DNA of 61,406 bases, filler included. It is 4 parts of 4 records of this genome, joined end to end, with 100 filler letters (N's around TTAATTAATTAA, not from the genome) between each part and the next. Parts side by side here need not be neighbours in the genome. Positions count along the whole stretch, not along the records: positions 1 to 18,762 come from SRR31156797_8743; positions 18,863 to 29,001 come from SRR31156797_8745; 2 more parts are not named here. One strand, 5' to 3'. The notes beneath the pieces were generated by a model. The model ran no database searches. It was not told the DNA's origin and was given only the letters and a program-made list of their open reading frames with translations. Numbering within the stretch: the first letter of the stretch is position 1; each line of letters starts with the position of its first letter. Below, piece by piece: positions 9,581 to 18,928 of the stretch. A program made the translations under genes and the position numbers.

Positions 9581-9850
9581 ATGAAAGTAGTAATGATCTT
9601 ATCCATATTATTAATAAATACAACACTTTTTGCAGGGATGACATGGTCGCAAGTGATGAGCTGGAACAATAAAACTATCAAACCAGATGCTCAGTATAAT
9701 GTAGAAACAGAAGGATATAATGTAAGAGTATATGAGTTTACGCCTTTGACTGATCCTGGATCAACTTGTATAATGACCTTTACCAATGAAAAGATGGGAA
9801 TGTTTTGTTTTGTTAAGTCTTCTAAGGCATTAGATCCTCAAAATAAATAA
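9581..9850 (+). CDS. Small secreted hypothetical protein with two Cys
   Basis: AAGGA RBS; signal peptide ending TLFA; CIMTF and MFCF motifs. Confidence 0.7.
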   Translation: MKVVMILSILLINTTLFAGMTWSQVMSWNNKTIKPDAQYNVETEGYNVRVYEFTPLTDPGSTCIMTFTNEKMGMFCFVKSSKALDPQNK

Positions 9851-9901
9851 TTATTTATTTAACTTCATTTTGATTTCATTTTCAATTTGTATAATATGGC
9901 T

Positions 9902-9987
9902 ACAACATAAGGTTGGGTATTTTGTTTCTCCAAAATATTAAGTTTCGAAAATAAAAAAGCTTCACTTTTTAGTGAAGCTTTTTTTTA
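9902..9987 (+). ncRNA. Candidate small regulatory RNA
   Basis: TATAAT at 9890-9895, hairpin TATTTTG-TTTCTC-CAAAATA (9918-9937), then a strong intrinsic terminator. No ORF. The 5' end is estimated. Confidence 0.4.
9953..9986. terminator. Bidirectional intrinsic terminator
   Basis: AAAAAAGCTTCACT-TTTT-AGTGAAGCTTTTTTTT between convergent transcription units. Confidence 0.85.
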
Positions 9988-10008
9988 TGCTAATTGATTG
10001 TAAAGTAG

Positions 10009-11565
10009 CTACTTTAATCTAATAAATACAATTCCCATCTTATCATAAAGTAGTTCATACCCTTTTTCAAACTCTTTTAGATATATTTTTTTAGTGATCA
10101 CATATTCTCCTGATATAGGTTCAGTTTTTTTAACTAGTCGCTCTGCATAGACATTGAAAGTTGGATTATTCATTTTATGCATTGTTACATCAAGATCTTT
10201 TTGTTTTGCTAGGAGTGCAATATCTTTTATAGGCTGTTGTTGAACAGCTGCTAGATTTGGCATAATGATAAAGTTAACAGTTGTAATAAATAAAATACCA
10301 CATGCTATAAGTTTATTTTGTAGGTTTATAGTTCTTCTTGTAAAAAGTACTATAAGTACTAGCATTGTAAGTCCAATAGAGATCTGGTATTGGATATTAA
10401 ACTGTTCAATGATCTCACTTTTAAAAGAGTTTACAAATTTATCTTGAATCTCAATAAGCGATACGATATTTGGTAAAAGTAAAAAGATAGCAAACATAAT
10501 AAGAGGTGGAATAAAATAAAGTTTTGAAAATTTTGTATTTTCTAGATCACTTTGAGCTAATATAACTCCGATAAATATAAAAAGAGGAGTATATCCATAG
10601 ATGATATAATGAGGAAGTTTTGTATTTGAAAATGAGAAAAAGATCAGTACAAATAAAAACCAGATCACTAAAAAAAGAGAAAGATCATTTTTTACAAAGG
10701 TTTTAATTTTTATAATAAACTTGATCCAGATACCAGTATATGGCATAAGTCCTAAAAGAAGTACAGGGATAAAATAAAAGTAGTTTCCAGAGTGTCCCTC
10801 CATCGCATCGTTAAACCTGCTAATATTGTGTTTTAAAAAGAAGCCATCTATAAAAAGCTGTCCTTGAGCCATATACTCTAAAATATACCAAGGAAGGGCA
10901 ATCACTGTAAATATAGCAATACCTTTTAGATTAAAAAGTGTTTTTATCCAGAGTTTAAACTCCCCTTTTATACTAAAAAAGATCAAACTTACCACAAGTG
11001 GGATAAGAATAGCAACTGGCCCTTTTGTTAAAGCTCCAAGGGCAATAAATACAAAAGTTAGATAGATATATTTTTCCTCTTTCGTTTTATAAAAGTGATA
11101 GATCATAAACATTGAAAGAGCGATAAAAAGATTTAAAAGCCCATCTGCAATAGCAGCTTTTGAGATGATAGTGATCTGTAAAGAGGTGATAAAAACAAAG
11201 ATACTTAAAATAGCTGTTTTTGTATCAAAATATCTTTGAGTAAAGATAAAAATAGCAAGCCCCCATAAAGTTCCTGCTAAGGCACTTGGAAGTCTTAATG
11301 CAAACTCATTGAGTCCAAATACAGAAACACTTAAAGCCTGAAACCAATAGATTAAAATAGGCTTATCAAATCGTAATTCACCATTTAAATAAGTGGTGAT
11401 ATAATCTTTATTTAAAAGCATTTCACGTGTTGCTTCACTAAAAGCTCCCTCATCAAGATCAAAAAGAGGAACCATCCCTAAAGGGAGAAAAAAACTAATA
11501 AGAAGAGCAAATCCTATGATGTAGATCATATACTTCTCTAAAAAAGTAGTATTGGTAGTATCCAT
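10009..11565 (-). CDS. ArnT/PMT-like GT-C glycosyltransferase
   Basis: LFDLDEGAF, RFDKP, RLPSA, LTKGP and TKLPHYI motifs; many TM segments. Confidence 0.88.
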   Translation of the reverse strand: MDTTNTTFLEKYMIYIIGFALLISFFLPLGMVPLFDLDEGAFSEATREMLLNKDYITTYLNGELRFDKPILIYWFQALSVSVFGLNEFALRLPSALAGTLWGLAIFIFTQRYFDTKTAILSIFVFITSLQITIISKAAIADGLLNLFIALSMFMIYHFYKTKEEKYIYLTFVFIALGALTKGPVAILIPLVVSLIFFSIKGEFKLWIKTLFNLKGIAIFTVIALPWYILEYMAQGQLFIDGFFLKHNISRFNDAMEGHSGNYFYFIPVLLLGLMPYTGIWIKFIIKIKTFVKNDLSLFLVIWFLFVLIFFSFSNTKLPHYIIYGYTPLFIFIGVILAQSDLENTKFSKLYFIPPLIMFAIFLLLPNIVSLIEIQDKFVNSFKSEIIEQFNIQYQISIGLTMLVLIVLFTRRTINLQNKLIACGILFITTVNFIIMPNLAAVQQQPIKDIALLAKQKDLDVTMHKMNNPTFNVYAERLVKKTEPISGEYVITKKIYLKEFEKGYELLYDKMGIVFIRLK

Positions 11566-12420
11566 TTATATATCCTTTTGAAAACTGTTGATAAAAACTG
11601 CTCCAATCAGTGAAGAAAGAGCAGTGATTAGAAAAAATAAGATTGACAAAGCAACACCTTGATTGATATCTCCATTGCTATATTGTAAAAGATAGACAAA
11701 AGTAAGCTCTCTTGCTCCAATTCCACCTACAGTAAAAGGGAGAGTCGCTACGACTGAAGAGATTAAAAATATGGTTAAAAGATCAATATAATTATTAGAA
11801 ATATTTAAAGCCAATATAATAAAAAATGCACATAAAAGTTGAAAGATCTGTACATAAAGAGCTTGTATATTTGTTTTTTGAAAGCTACTAAAAAACGTTG
11901 GAAGCCATCTTTTATAGATAAAAAAGCTTATTGGATAAATAGCGATTAAAAATAGGATAGCTAAAAGATCAAATGCTGCAAAGAGATTTGAAAAACTACT
12001 AAAGATAAATAAAAAAGCACAAAGAATAGAAAGTGCAACGAGTCCTGAGACTCTATCGAGTAAAATAGCTTTTGTAATAGTAAGTACTTTTCCATGATTA
12101 AGCTTATTTAAAAGATATACTTTATATCCATCTCCTCCAATACCACCAGGTAAAAAAAGATTATAAAACATCCCTAGATAATAGAGTTTCATATTATAAA
12201 GCTCACTTAAAAGGATCTTGATATCTTTAAAAAATAGATTGAGACGGATAGCACTAATTATTTTAGAGAGATTAAAAAGAAAAAAAGCACATAAAAAATA
12301 GAAGATATTTAGTTGTGAAAAGATTATTTGGAGTTGCTCCAAATCAATCTTAAGACTTAGAATATATAGGGCAATAGCGGTTAACGCTATTTGAATAAAG
12401 AGTTTGACTTTCTTCTTGAT
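11566..12420 (-). CDS. Lysylphosphatidylglycerol synthase TM / flippase-like membrane protein
   Basis: FYNLFLPGGIGGD, LLDR and GGIGARE motifs. The frame extends upstream of the TTG at 12342 to an ATC at 12420, adding a first TM helix. Confidence 0.8.
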   Translation of the reverse strand: MKKKVKLFIQIALTAIALYILSLKIDLEQLQIIFSQLNIFYFLCAFFLFNLSKIISAIRLNLFFKDIKILLSELYNMKLYYLGMFYNLFLPGGIGGDGYKVYLLNKLNHGKVLTITKAILLDRVSGLVALSILCAFLFIFSSFSNLFAAFDLLAILFLIAIYPISFFIYKRWLPTFFSSFQKTNIQALYVQIFQLLCAFFIILALNISNNYIDLLTIFLISSVVATLPFTVGGIGARELTFVYLLQYSNGDINQGVALSILFFLITALSSLIGAVFINSFQKDI

Positions 12421-12422
12421 TC

Positions 12423-13355
12423 TTATTTTCCTGAAAATTTTTCTTTTATAATATATGGTTTTTTGTTTTGGGATTCATAATAGGTTCTCATTAAAATCTC
12501 AGCAATAAATCCTGTTGTGATTAACTGAATTCCAATTAATGATAAAGAAACCCCAAGAGTAAGTAGTGGTCTTGTACCGATATCTTCTCCTGTAAGTTTG
12601 ACTAGGAAAAGATAAAAATTGATGATCATACCGATTCCAAAAGATATCCCACCTAGAGTTCCAAAAAGGTGCATCGGTTTTGTATTGTATTTTTGGAAAA
12701 AAAGCATCAATAAAAGATCACTAAATACTTTAAAGGTTCTTCCGATTCCATATTTTGATTCCCCATGAATTCTTGCATGATGTTTGACATCCACTTCGAT
12801 CATCTTTGCACCATAAAGCTGTGCTAAAACTGGGATAAATCTATGAAGTTCCCCATAAAGTCCAAGATTTTTTGCGACATCTTTTTTAAAGAGTTTTAAA
12901 GTACATCCATAATCACTGATATAAACACCAGTTGTTTTTCGAATCAACCAGTTTGCTGCTTTACTAGGAATCTTTCTTAAAACTAACCCATCTTGTCTTT
13001 TTGCACGAATTCCAGCGACCACATCACATTGCTCTTTTTCTAAAAGCTCCATCATCATAGGGATATCAGAAGGATCATTTTGTAAATCCCCATCAAGAGT
13101 TACGATAAGCTCCCCTTGAGCCTCTTCAATTCCCGCTGCCATAGCTGTAGTTTGACCATAGTTTCTATTAAATATTAAAAGGTTTGTATTATCAAGTGCA
13201 TATTTTTTGATATTTTCAATAGTTTTATCTGAAGAACCATCATCTACTAAAATAAGCTCATATTCAATATTTGATAGAGCAGAATCAACCTCGTTAATGA
13301 GTGGCTGAATATTTTCCTCTTCGTTCATAACAGGTATTACTACTGATAATTTCAT
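12423..13355 (-). CDS. GT2 glycosyltransferase (ArnC/DPM1-like)
   Basis: VVIPVMNEE, DDGSSD, DGDLQNDP and HRFIP motifs; two C-terminal TM helices. Confidence 0.9.
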   Translation of the reverse strand: MKLSVVIPVMNEEENIQPLINEVDSALSNIEYELILVDDGSSDKTIENIKKYALDNTNLLIFNRNYGQTTAMAAGIEEAQGELIVTLDGDLQNDPSDIPMMMELLEKEQCDVVAGIRAKRQDGLVLRKIPSKAANWLIRKTTGVYISDYGCTLKLFKKDVAKNLGLYGELHRFIPVLAQLYGAKMIEVDVKHHARIHGESKYGIGRTFKVFSDLLLMLFFQKYNTKPMHLFGTLGGISFGIGMIINFYLFLVKLTGEDIGTRPLLTLGVSLSLIGIQLITTGFIAEILMRTYYESQNKKPYIIKEKFSGK

Positions 13356-13564
13356 TCACATTTCCTCATATAATTTTGGCAATTGTAGCAAGTTTGTGAT
13401 TAATAAAAGTTTTCATCTAGAACTGATAAAAAAGTAATAGAAGAAAAAATTAAGCTTTATTTGATTAAAATTATATAACTGTTTACAATTTCATTCACAT
13501 TTTCTATTTGTAATTGTAAAGTAAAACTACACATCAATAAATCTAATAAGGTAAAACTACTCTC

Positions 13565-14908
13565 ATGGCAGAATCCAATGAAAACCAAGCTCCTCAAGCA
13601 GAAGCACCAAAGAAAAAAAATACAAAAAAATCTAGAACACATGTCCCAGTTCAAGGACTTACAATCGAACAACTTAGAGACAAACCAACAGACGAACTTG
13701 TAAAGATAGCAAATGAACTTGAGATAGAAAATCCTCAAGAGTACCAAAGACAAGATCTGATGTTTGCAATTTTAGAGTCTCAAACAAGTGCAGGGGGATA
13801 TATCCTTTTTACAGGTATCTTAGATATAAAAGAGCAAGGATTTGGATTCTTACGACCACTTGATGGAAAGTTTAGTGATAGCTATAGTGACTCTTATGTA
13901 AGTGCTACACAAATTAAAAGATTTGCTCTAAGAAGTGGAGATATAGTAAGTGGACAAGTAAGACCACCTGCAAAAGAGAGTGAAAAATATTACGCACTTT
14001 TAAAAATTGAAGCGATCAATTATCTTCCTGTAAACCAATCAAAAAATCGACCTCTTTTTGATAACCTCACCCCACTTTATTCAACTGAAAAATTCCAATT
14101 TGAATACAATCCTGAAAAACTAACAGGGCGTGTGATGGATATGTTTGCTCCTATGGGAAAAGGGCAAAGAGGACTTATCGTAGCACAACCAAAATCAGGA
14201 AAAACAGAACTTTTAAAAGAACTAGCTCATGGAATTACAAAAAATCATCCTGACACAACTTTAATGGTTTTACTTATTGATGAAAGACCTGAAGAGGTCA
14301 CTGATATGCAAAGATCAGTAAAAGGTGAAGTGTATAGCTCAACTTTTGATCTTCCAGCACAAAACCATATCAAAGTAGCTGAGATGGTTATCAATAAAGC
14401 AAAAAGAGAAGTGGAGATGGGAAAAGATGTTGTGATACTTCTTGATTCTATCACAAGACTAGCTCGTGCATATAATACTGTAACACCAAGTTCAGGAAAA
14501 GTACTCTCTGGTGGGGTAGATGCAAATGCATTACACAAACCAAAAAGATTCTTTGGAGCAGCTAGAAATATAGAAGAGGGTGGTTCATTAACTATTATTG
14601 CTACAACACTAGTTGAGACTGGATCAAAGATGGATGAAGTGATCTTTGAAGAGTTTAAAGGTACAGGTAACTCTGAAGTTGTTCTTAGTAGAAAAGCAGC
14701 TGATAGAAGAGTCTATCCTGCAGTTGATGTGGTAAAATCAGGAACAAGAAAAGAAGAACTTCTTTTACACCCTGAAGAGCTTCAAAAAATCTGGATCCTT
14801 CGAAATGCTATGGCTGAGATGGATGAGGTTGAATCTCTGAAATTTTTATATAAAAAGATGAAAGAGACAAAGTCAAATGCTGAGTTTTTAATCTCTATGA
14901 ATGGTTAA
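13565..14908 (+). CDS. rho: Transcription termination factor Rho
   Basis: [46 protein letters not shown] and EEFKGTGN motifs. Confidence 0.98.
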   Translation: MAESNENQAPQAEAPKKKNTKKSRTHVPVQGLTIEQLRDKPTDELVKIANELEIENPQEYQRQDLMFAILESQTSAGGYILFTGILDIKEQGFGFLRPLDGKFSDSYSDSYVSATQIKRFALRSGDIVSGQVRPPAKESEKYYALLKIEAINYLPVNQSKNRPLFDNLTPLYSTEKFQFEYNPEKLTGRVMDMFAPMGKGQRGLIVAQPKSGKTELLKELAHGITKNHPDTTLMVLLIDERPEEVTDMQRSVKGEVYSSTFDLPAQNHIKVAEMVINKAKREVEMGKDVVILLDSITRLARAYNTVTPSSGKVLSGGVDANALHKPKRFFGAARNIEEGGSLTIIATTLVETGSKMDEVIFEEFKGTGNSEVVLSRKAADRRVYPAVDVVKSGTRKEELLLHPEELQKIWILRNAMAEMDEVESLKFLYKKMKETKSNAEFLISMNG

Positions 14909-14912
14909 TAGA

Positions 14913-14998
14913 ATAGCTTTAGCATTATTATGGCGTTAGAATTTTCGCTTTACTGTAGTAAAGCTGCAAATTCTGCCTTGTACTAACGGCAAACTTAT
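14913..14998. repeat. Long imperfect palindromic intergenic element
   Basis: Core GCTTTACT-GT-AGTAAAGC (14947-14964) is nested in AGAATTT/AAATTCT and GGC/GCC arms, with 12/18-matching outer arms. Confidence 0.55.
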
Positions 14999-15081
14999 CC
15001 TTTTAAGTTAAATTTTTGCTATACTATATTTCTTAAATTTACTTTGGTTAGAATTGATATATAAAATAAAAAGGAGCATCT

Positions 15082-15309
15082 ATGAAATATTCTGTTGTTA
15101 TTGAAGAAGATAAACTTGATGGTGGATATATAGCTTATGTTCCAAATCTAAAAGGTTGTTTTACACAAGCTGATACTTTAGACCAATTAAAAGATAATAT
15201 AGTAGAAGCCATTGAATTAACAATTGAAGATAAAGAAGAACCTATAAACAATATACTTGGAATCTGGGAATTAGAGGTAAATAAAAATGCCACCGTTACC
15301 AGTTGTTAA
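15082..15309 (+). CDS. hicB: HicB antitoxin (short form)
   Basis: GGYIAYVPNLKGCFTQADT..EAIEL; no C-terminal DNA-binding domain. Confidence 0.88.
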   Translation: MKYSVVIEEDKLDGGYIAYVPNLKGCFTQADTLDQLKDNIVEAIELTIEDKEEPINNILGIWELEVNKNATVTSC

Positions 15310-15517
15310 TGCAAAAGAACTTATAAAATTTTTAACTTCTCTTGGTTTTGTTTTTATTAGACAAAAAGGTTCTCACCAAAGATATAAATATCCTGATGGT
15401 AGAGCTATAACTATTCCAGTACATGGAAAAGATACTTTAAAAAGAGGACTTTTAAACAGCATCTTAAATGAACTCAACATTCCTATCGAAGAGTTGATTG
15501 AGTTTTTAAATAAATAA
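15287..15517 (+). CDS. hicA: HicA mRNA interferase toxin
   Basis: LGFVFIRQKGSH..TIPVH..LKRGLLNSIL. Confidence 0.92.
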   Translation: MPPLPVVNAKELIKFLTSLGFVFIRQKGSHQRYKYPDGRAITIPVHGKDTLKRGLLNSILNELNIPIEELIEFLNK

Positions 15518-15536
15518 TCGTAAATTAAAATAAAAA

Positions 15537-16196
15537 CTATTTATATTTATCAAAAACTTTTCTATACTCTTCTAAGCGAAAATCAAACGTAGAATAGTTT
15601 GGATCTTTGCTTTTATTTTCTTTATAAACAGGATTCGCTCCAATACTTCTATTTGCTGCATTTGATGGAGAGATAAGGTTTATTGTCGTAATTTCTCTAT
15701 TTTCTATAGAAAAAACATGTTCTTTTTTAGATAGATGAGAATATTGTATCTTTTGCTCTTTTAAAATTTTTCGTAAAAAATATTCAGGTGAGTTTTTACA
15801 GTATCCACCCATAAAAACTATGGTAGTGATTGATGGGTATTTTTTTAATAGAGTTACAATATCTCTAAATACTATAGGTTCACACATCCCCACATCACTT
15901 GCATCAATTTTATCTCTATGACAATATTCAACAATATCACAAATACCAAGTTTATTTTTTTGTAATAACTCTTTTCTTTGCTTCACTGCTTCTTTTGAGT
16001 TGTCAAATAATAAAGGAGTTTGATAAAGACTTTCTAATAATTTCCATAAAAGACCATCCCTTGAACCATAACAAAAATCCACATCATCACTTTTTAAGTT
16101 TTTATCACAAAAGCGTGGAGGAGGAAGAGTTCCCATAATAAGTGTAGTAGTATCATTATTGATATAAGGTGGGTATGGATGAAAATGTTTAAACAT
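15537..16196 (-). CDS. Uracil-DNA glycosylase superfamily protein (Mug-like)
   Basis: HFHPYPP, LIMGTLPP, GICDIV and LISPS motifs. Confidence 0.75.
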   Translation of the reverse strand: MFKHFHPYPPYINNDTTTLIMGTLPPPRFCDKNLKSDDVDFCYGSRDGLLWKLLESLYQTPLLFDNSKEAVKQRKELLQKNKLGICDIVEYCHRDKIDASDVGMCEPIVFRDIVTLLKKYPSITTIVFMGGYCKNSPEYFLRKILKEQKIQYSHLSKKEHVFSIENREITTINLISPSNAANRSIGANPVYKENKSKDPNYSTFDFRLEEYRKVFDKYK

Positions 16197-16250
16197 AAAG
16201 GAAGTATATAATAAGTTATGCTAAAATTCACTTTTTTAAAATGGAGTGAT

Positions 16251-17009
16251 ATGAGAGCAGCTGTATTTGATAGTGGAATTGGTGGCTTAACGGTTGTTAA
16301 GTCTTTATTAGAAAATAAACTTTTTGAAGAGATCATCTATTTTGGTGATACTGCTAGAGTACCATATGGGGTAAAAGATAAAAATACAATTGTAAGGTAC
16401 TCTTTAGAAGCTTTAGAGTTTTTTAAAAACTTTGATGTGGATATTATGATAGTAGCTTGTAATAGTGCGAGTGCTCATGCTTTAGATGAACTCCGTGAAA
16501 ATACAAATATTCCAGTTGTAGGGGTGATCACTTCAGGGGTGATGGCATTACAAAATAAGATTGATCATAAAGAGGCAAAGGTTTTAGTAATTGGGACTAA
16601 TGCGACGATTAGATCTACACGATATGAAAAAGCACTTATAGAAAATGGCTATAACAATATCATCTCAATTCCTACAGGGTTATTTGTCTCGATAGTAGAA
16701 GAGGGGATATTTGAAGGGCCTGTTTTAGATGCTACAATGGATCATTATTTTAAAGGCTTAACTAATATAGATGCTGTTATACTTGGATGTACACATTTTC
16801 CATTGATTGAAGAGAAAATATCAACATATTTAAATAATGCTCTTACTATCCATAGTGGAGATGCAATTGTAGAGTATTTAAAAAAAGAGTATAATTGCAA
16901 TACACAGTTTGAAAAAACAGATATAAAATTCTTTGCTTCAGAAAATCCAAATGGATTAAAACAAGTTGCAAAAAACTGGTTAAAAGGTCTTATAGAAATT
17001 GAATACTAA
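16251..17009 (+). CDS. murI: Glutamate racemase
   Basis: FDSGIGGLTV, DTARVPYG, VACNSAS and LGCTHFP motifs. Likely start MRAAV after a GGAG RBS. Confidence 0.96.
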   Translation: MRAAVFDSGIGGLTVVKSLLENKLFEEIIYFGDTARVPYGVKDKNTIVRYSLEALEFFKNFDVDIMIVACNSASAHALDELRENTNIPVVGVITSGVMALQNKIDHKEAKVLVIGTNATIRSTRYEKALIENGYNNIISIPTGLFVSIVEEGIFEGPVLDATMDHYFKGLTNIDAVILGCTHFPLIEEKISTYLNNALTIHSGDAIVEYLKKEYNCNTQFEKTDIKFFASENPNGLKQVAKNWLKGLIEIEY

Positions 17010-18630
17010 TACACAAAGACAAGTTCTTGCATTAAAATATCGTCCAAAGCGCTTTGATGATCTTATCGGTCAAGATACGATCTCAACAACACTCTCTTTA
17101 GCTCTTGATTCAAATAGACTCTCCCATGCATATCTTTTTAGTGGGCTTAGAGGAAGTGGTAAAACAAGTACAGCTAGAATCATGTCAAAAGCACTTGTTT
17201 GTGATCAAGGTCCCACTTCAAAACCATGTGAAGTATGTCAAAACTGTTTAGCAGCAAATGAAAATAGACATCTTGATATCATCGAGATGGATGCAGCATC
17301 AAATCGTGGAATAGATGATATTAAAAATCTAATAGAGCATACGAAGTATAAGCCCTCAAGTGCAAAATATAAAGTATTTATTATCGATGAGGTGCATATG
17401 CTGACAACTCCAGCATTTAATGCTCTGTTAAAAACACTTGAAGAGCCACCAAGTTTTGTTAAATTTATCTTAGCGACTACAGATCCACTAAAACTTCCAG
17501 CGACAATTTTAAGTAGAACACAACATTTTAGGTTCAAAAGGATCTCTGATAGTAATATCATCCATCACCTTAGTCATATATTAAATATTGAGAATATAGA
17601 GTTTGAAAAAGAAGCCTTAGAAGTTTTAACACGTGCAGGACAGGGGAGTTTAAGAGATACTTTAACTCTACTTGATCAAGCGATCATCTATTCAAAAAAT
17701 ATCATCACTTTAAGTACAGTAACTGATATGCTAGGTATGATAGATCCTTCATTTATCGATAATATTTTTGATACTATTTTATCAAAAGGGGATATTATCC
17801 CACTTTTAGAATCATTAGAGAGTTATGAAGTGGGGCAAGTATTAGATGAGTTTAGTATTTATTTAAAACAAAAGATGCTTGTAAATGATAGTAGATTTCA
17901 TTTGTATATGTTTGATAGATTCTTTCGAATTATTGCAGATTCAAAACAACTACTTACTATGAATTCAGATAGTGGTTTTGTTTTGATACTTACATTAAAT
18001 AAGTTTATTGAAGCGACACATATTAAAACTATTGATAAAGTGATCGAAGAGATTAGTAAAGCAACAGTATCTCAAAGTGATATGGATGTTGAAGAGAAAA
18101 AAGCGATCCAAGAGGAAAAAACACAAACTGCTACAAAAGAATTAACAGAGCATTTAGAAAAAAGTGCGATACAAGTTGAAAACAAACAAGACAATAGTCA
18201 ATTACTTTTTAAAAAATTACTTGATACTATATATGAAAAGAACTATGATCTAGGAAATTGTTTTGAGCATAGTTTTGCTTTTAATTCATATATTGAAAAT
18301 ACTTTAACTATAGATAGTTCAGCTGAGGGTGAATGTAAAGCTCTATTATTTAAAAACTATTCATATATAAAAGAGTTTATTTTTTCTATTTTTGGGAATG
18401 ACACAAATATAGAGTTCAATAAAGTAAAAAAAAAAACTAAAGAGATAGCTGAAGAGGAAAAAGAAGAAGAGGTTCCTTCTAGTTGTGTAGCAAGTATGAG
18501 TGCTATGCAACACCCAACTCCAGCACAAGCTGAACTTAATATTGAAGATGTATTAAATTCAAAGATGACCCATACTGCAATACAACTTTTTCAACCTAGA
18601 AATCCACCTGAAATAAAAAGTAAACTCTAA
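16999..18630 (+). CDS. dnaX: DNA polymerase III subunit gamma/tau
   Basis: LALKYRP, GLRGSGKTS, Zn-binding Cys motif, DAASNRG, IDEVHML and LSRTQ motifs. Confidence 0.96.
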   Translation: MNTNTQRQVLALKYRPKRFDDLIGQDTISTTLSLALDSNRLSHAYLFSGLRGSGKTSTARIMSKALVCDQGPTSKPCEVCQNCLAANENRHLDIIEMDAASNRGIDDIKNLIEHTKYKPSSAKYKVFIIDEVHMLTTPAFNALLKTLEEPPSFVKFILATTDPLKLPATILSRTQHFRFKRISDSNIIHHLSHILNIENIEFEKEALEVLTRAGQGSLRDTLTLLDQAIIYSKNIITLSTVTDMLGMIDPSFIDNIFDTILSKGDIIPLLESLESYEVGQVLDEFSIYLKQKMLVNDSRFHLYMFDRFFRIIADSKQLLTMNSDSGFVLILTLNKFIEATHIKTIDKVIEEISKATVSQSDMDVEEKKAIQEEKTQTATKELTEHLEKSAIQVENKQDNSQLLFKKLLDTIYEKNYDLGNCFEHSFAFNSYIENTLTIDSSAEGECKALLFKNYSYIKEFIFSIFGNDTNIEFNKVKKKTKEIAEEEKEEEVPSSCVASMSAMQHPTPAQAELNIEDVLNSKMTHTAIQLFQPRNPPEIKSKL

Positions 18631-18762
18631 ACTATAAAAAACTTCTTTTTCTTTTCTAAATAAAAAATCTATCAATTTAATTAAAAACCCCCAATAAACC
18701 CTTATAGAATCTACATTCTCCTCTATATAGACAACTACGATTTAAAGTAAAAAGAGGAGTAG

Positions 18763-18862
18763 NNNNNNNNNNNNNNNNNNNNNNNNNNNNNNNNNNNNNN
18801 NNNNNNTTAATTAATTAANNNNNNNNNNNNNNNNNNNNNNNNNNNNNNNNNNNNNNNNNNNN
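18763..18862. other. Artificial contig spacer
   Basis: 100 nt of N surrounding TTAATTAATTAA (stops in all frames). Confidence 0.98.
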
Positions 18863-18928
18863 ATCAAAAAGAAACTAAAATTTATATAGTAAGAATTAAC
18901 ACTAAATAGGTTTTTTGGAGGAAAAAAT

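Noticed and set aside
7200-9990. Integrative element at tRNA-Cys
   Set aside because: No integrase is present and I found no duplicated tRNA 3' end (attR) downstream.
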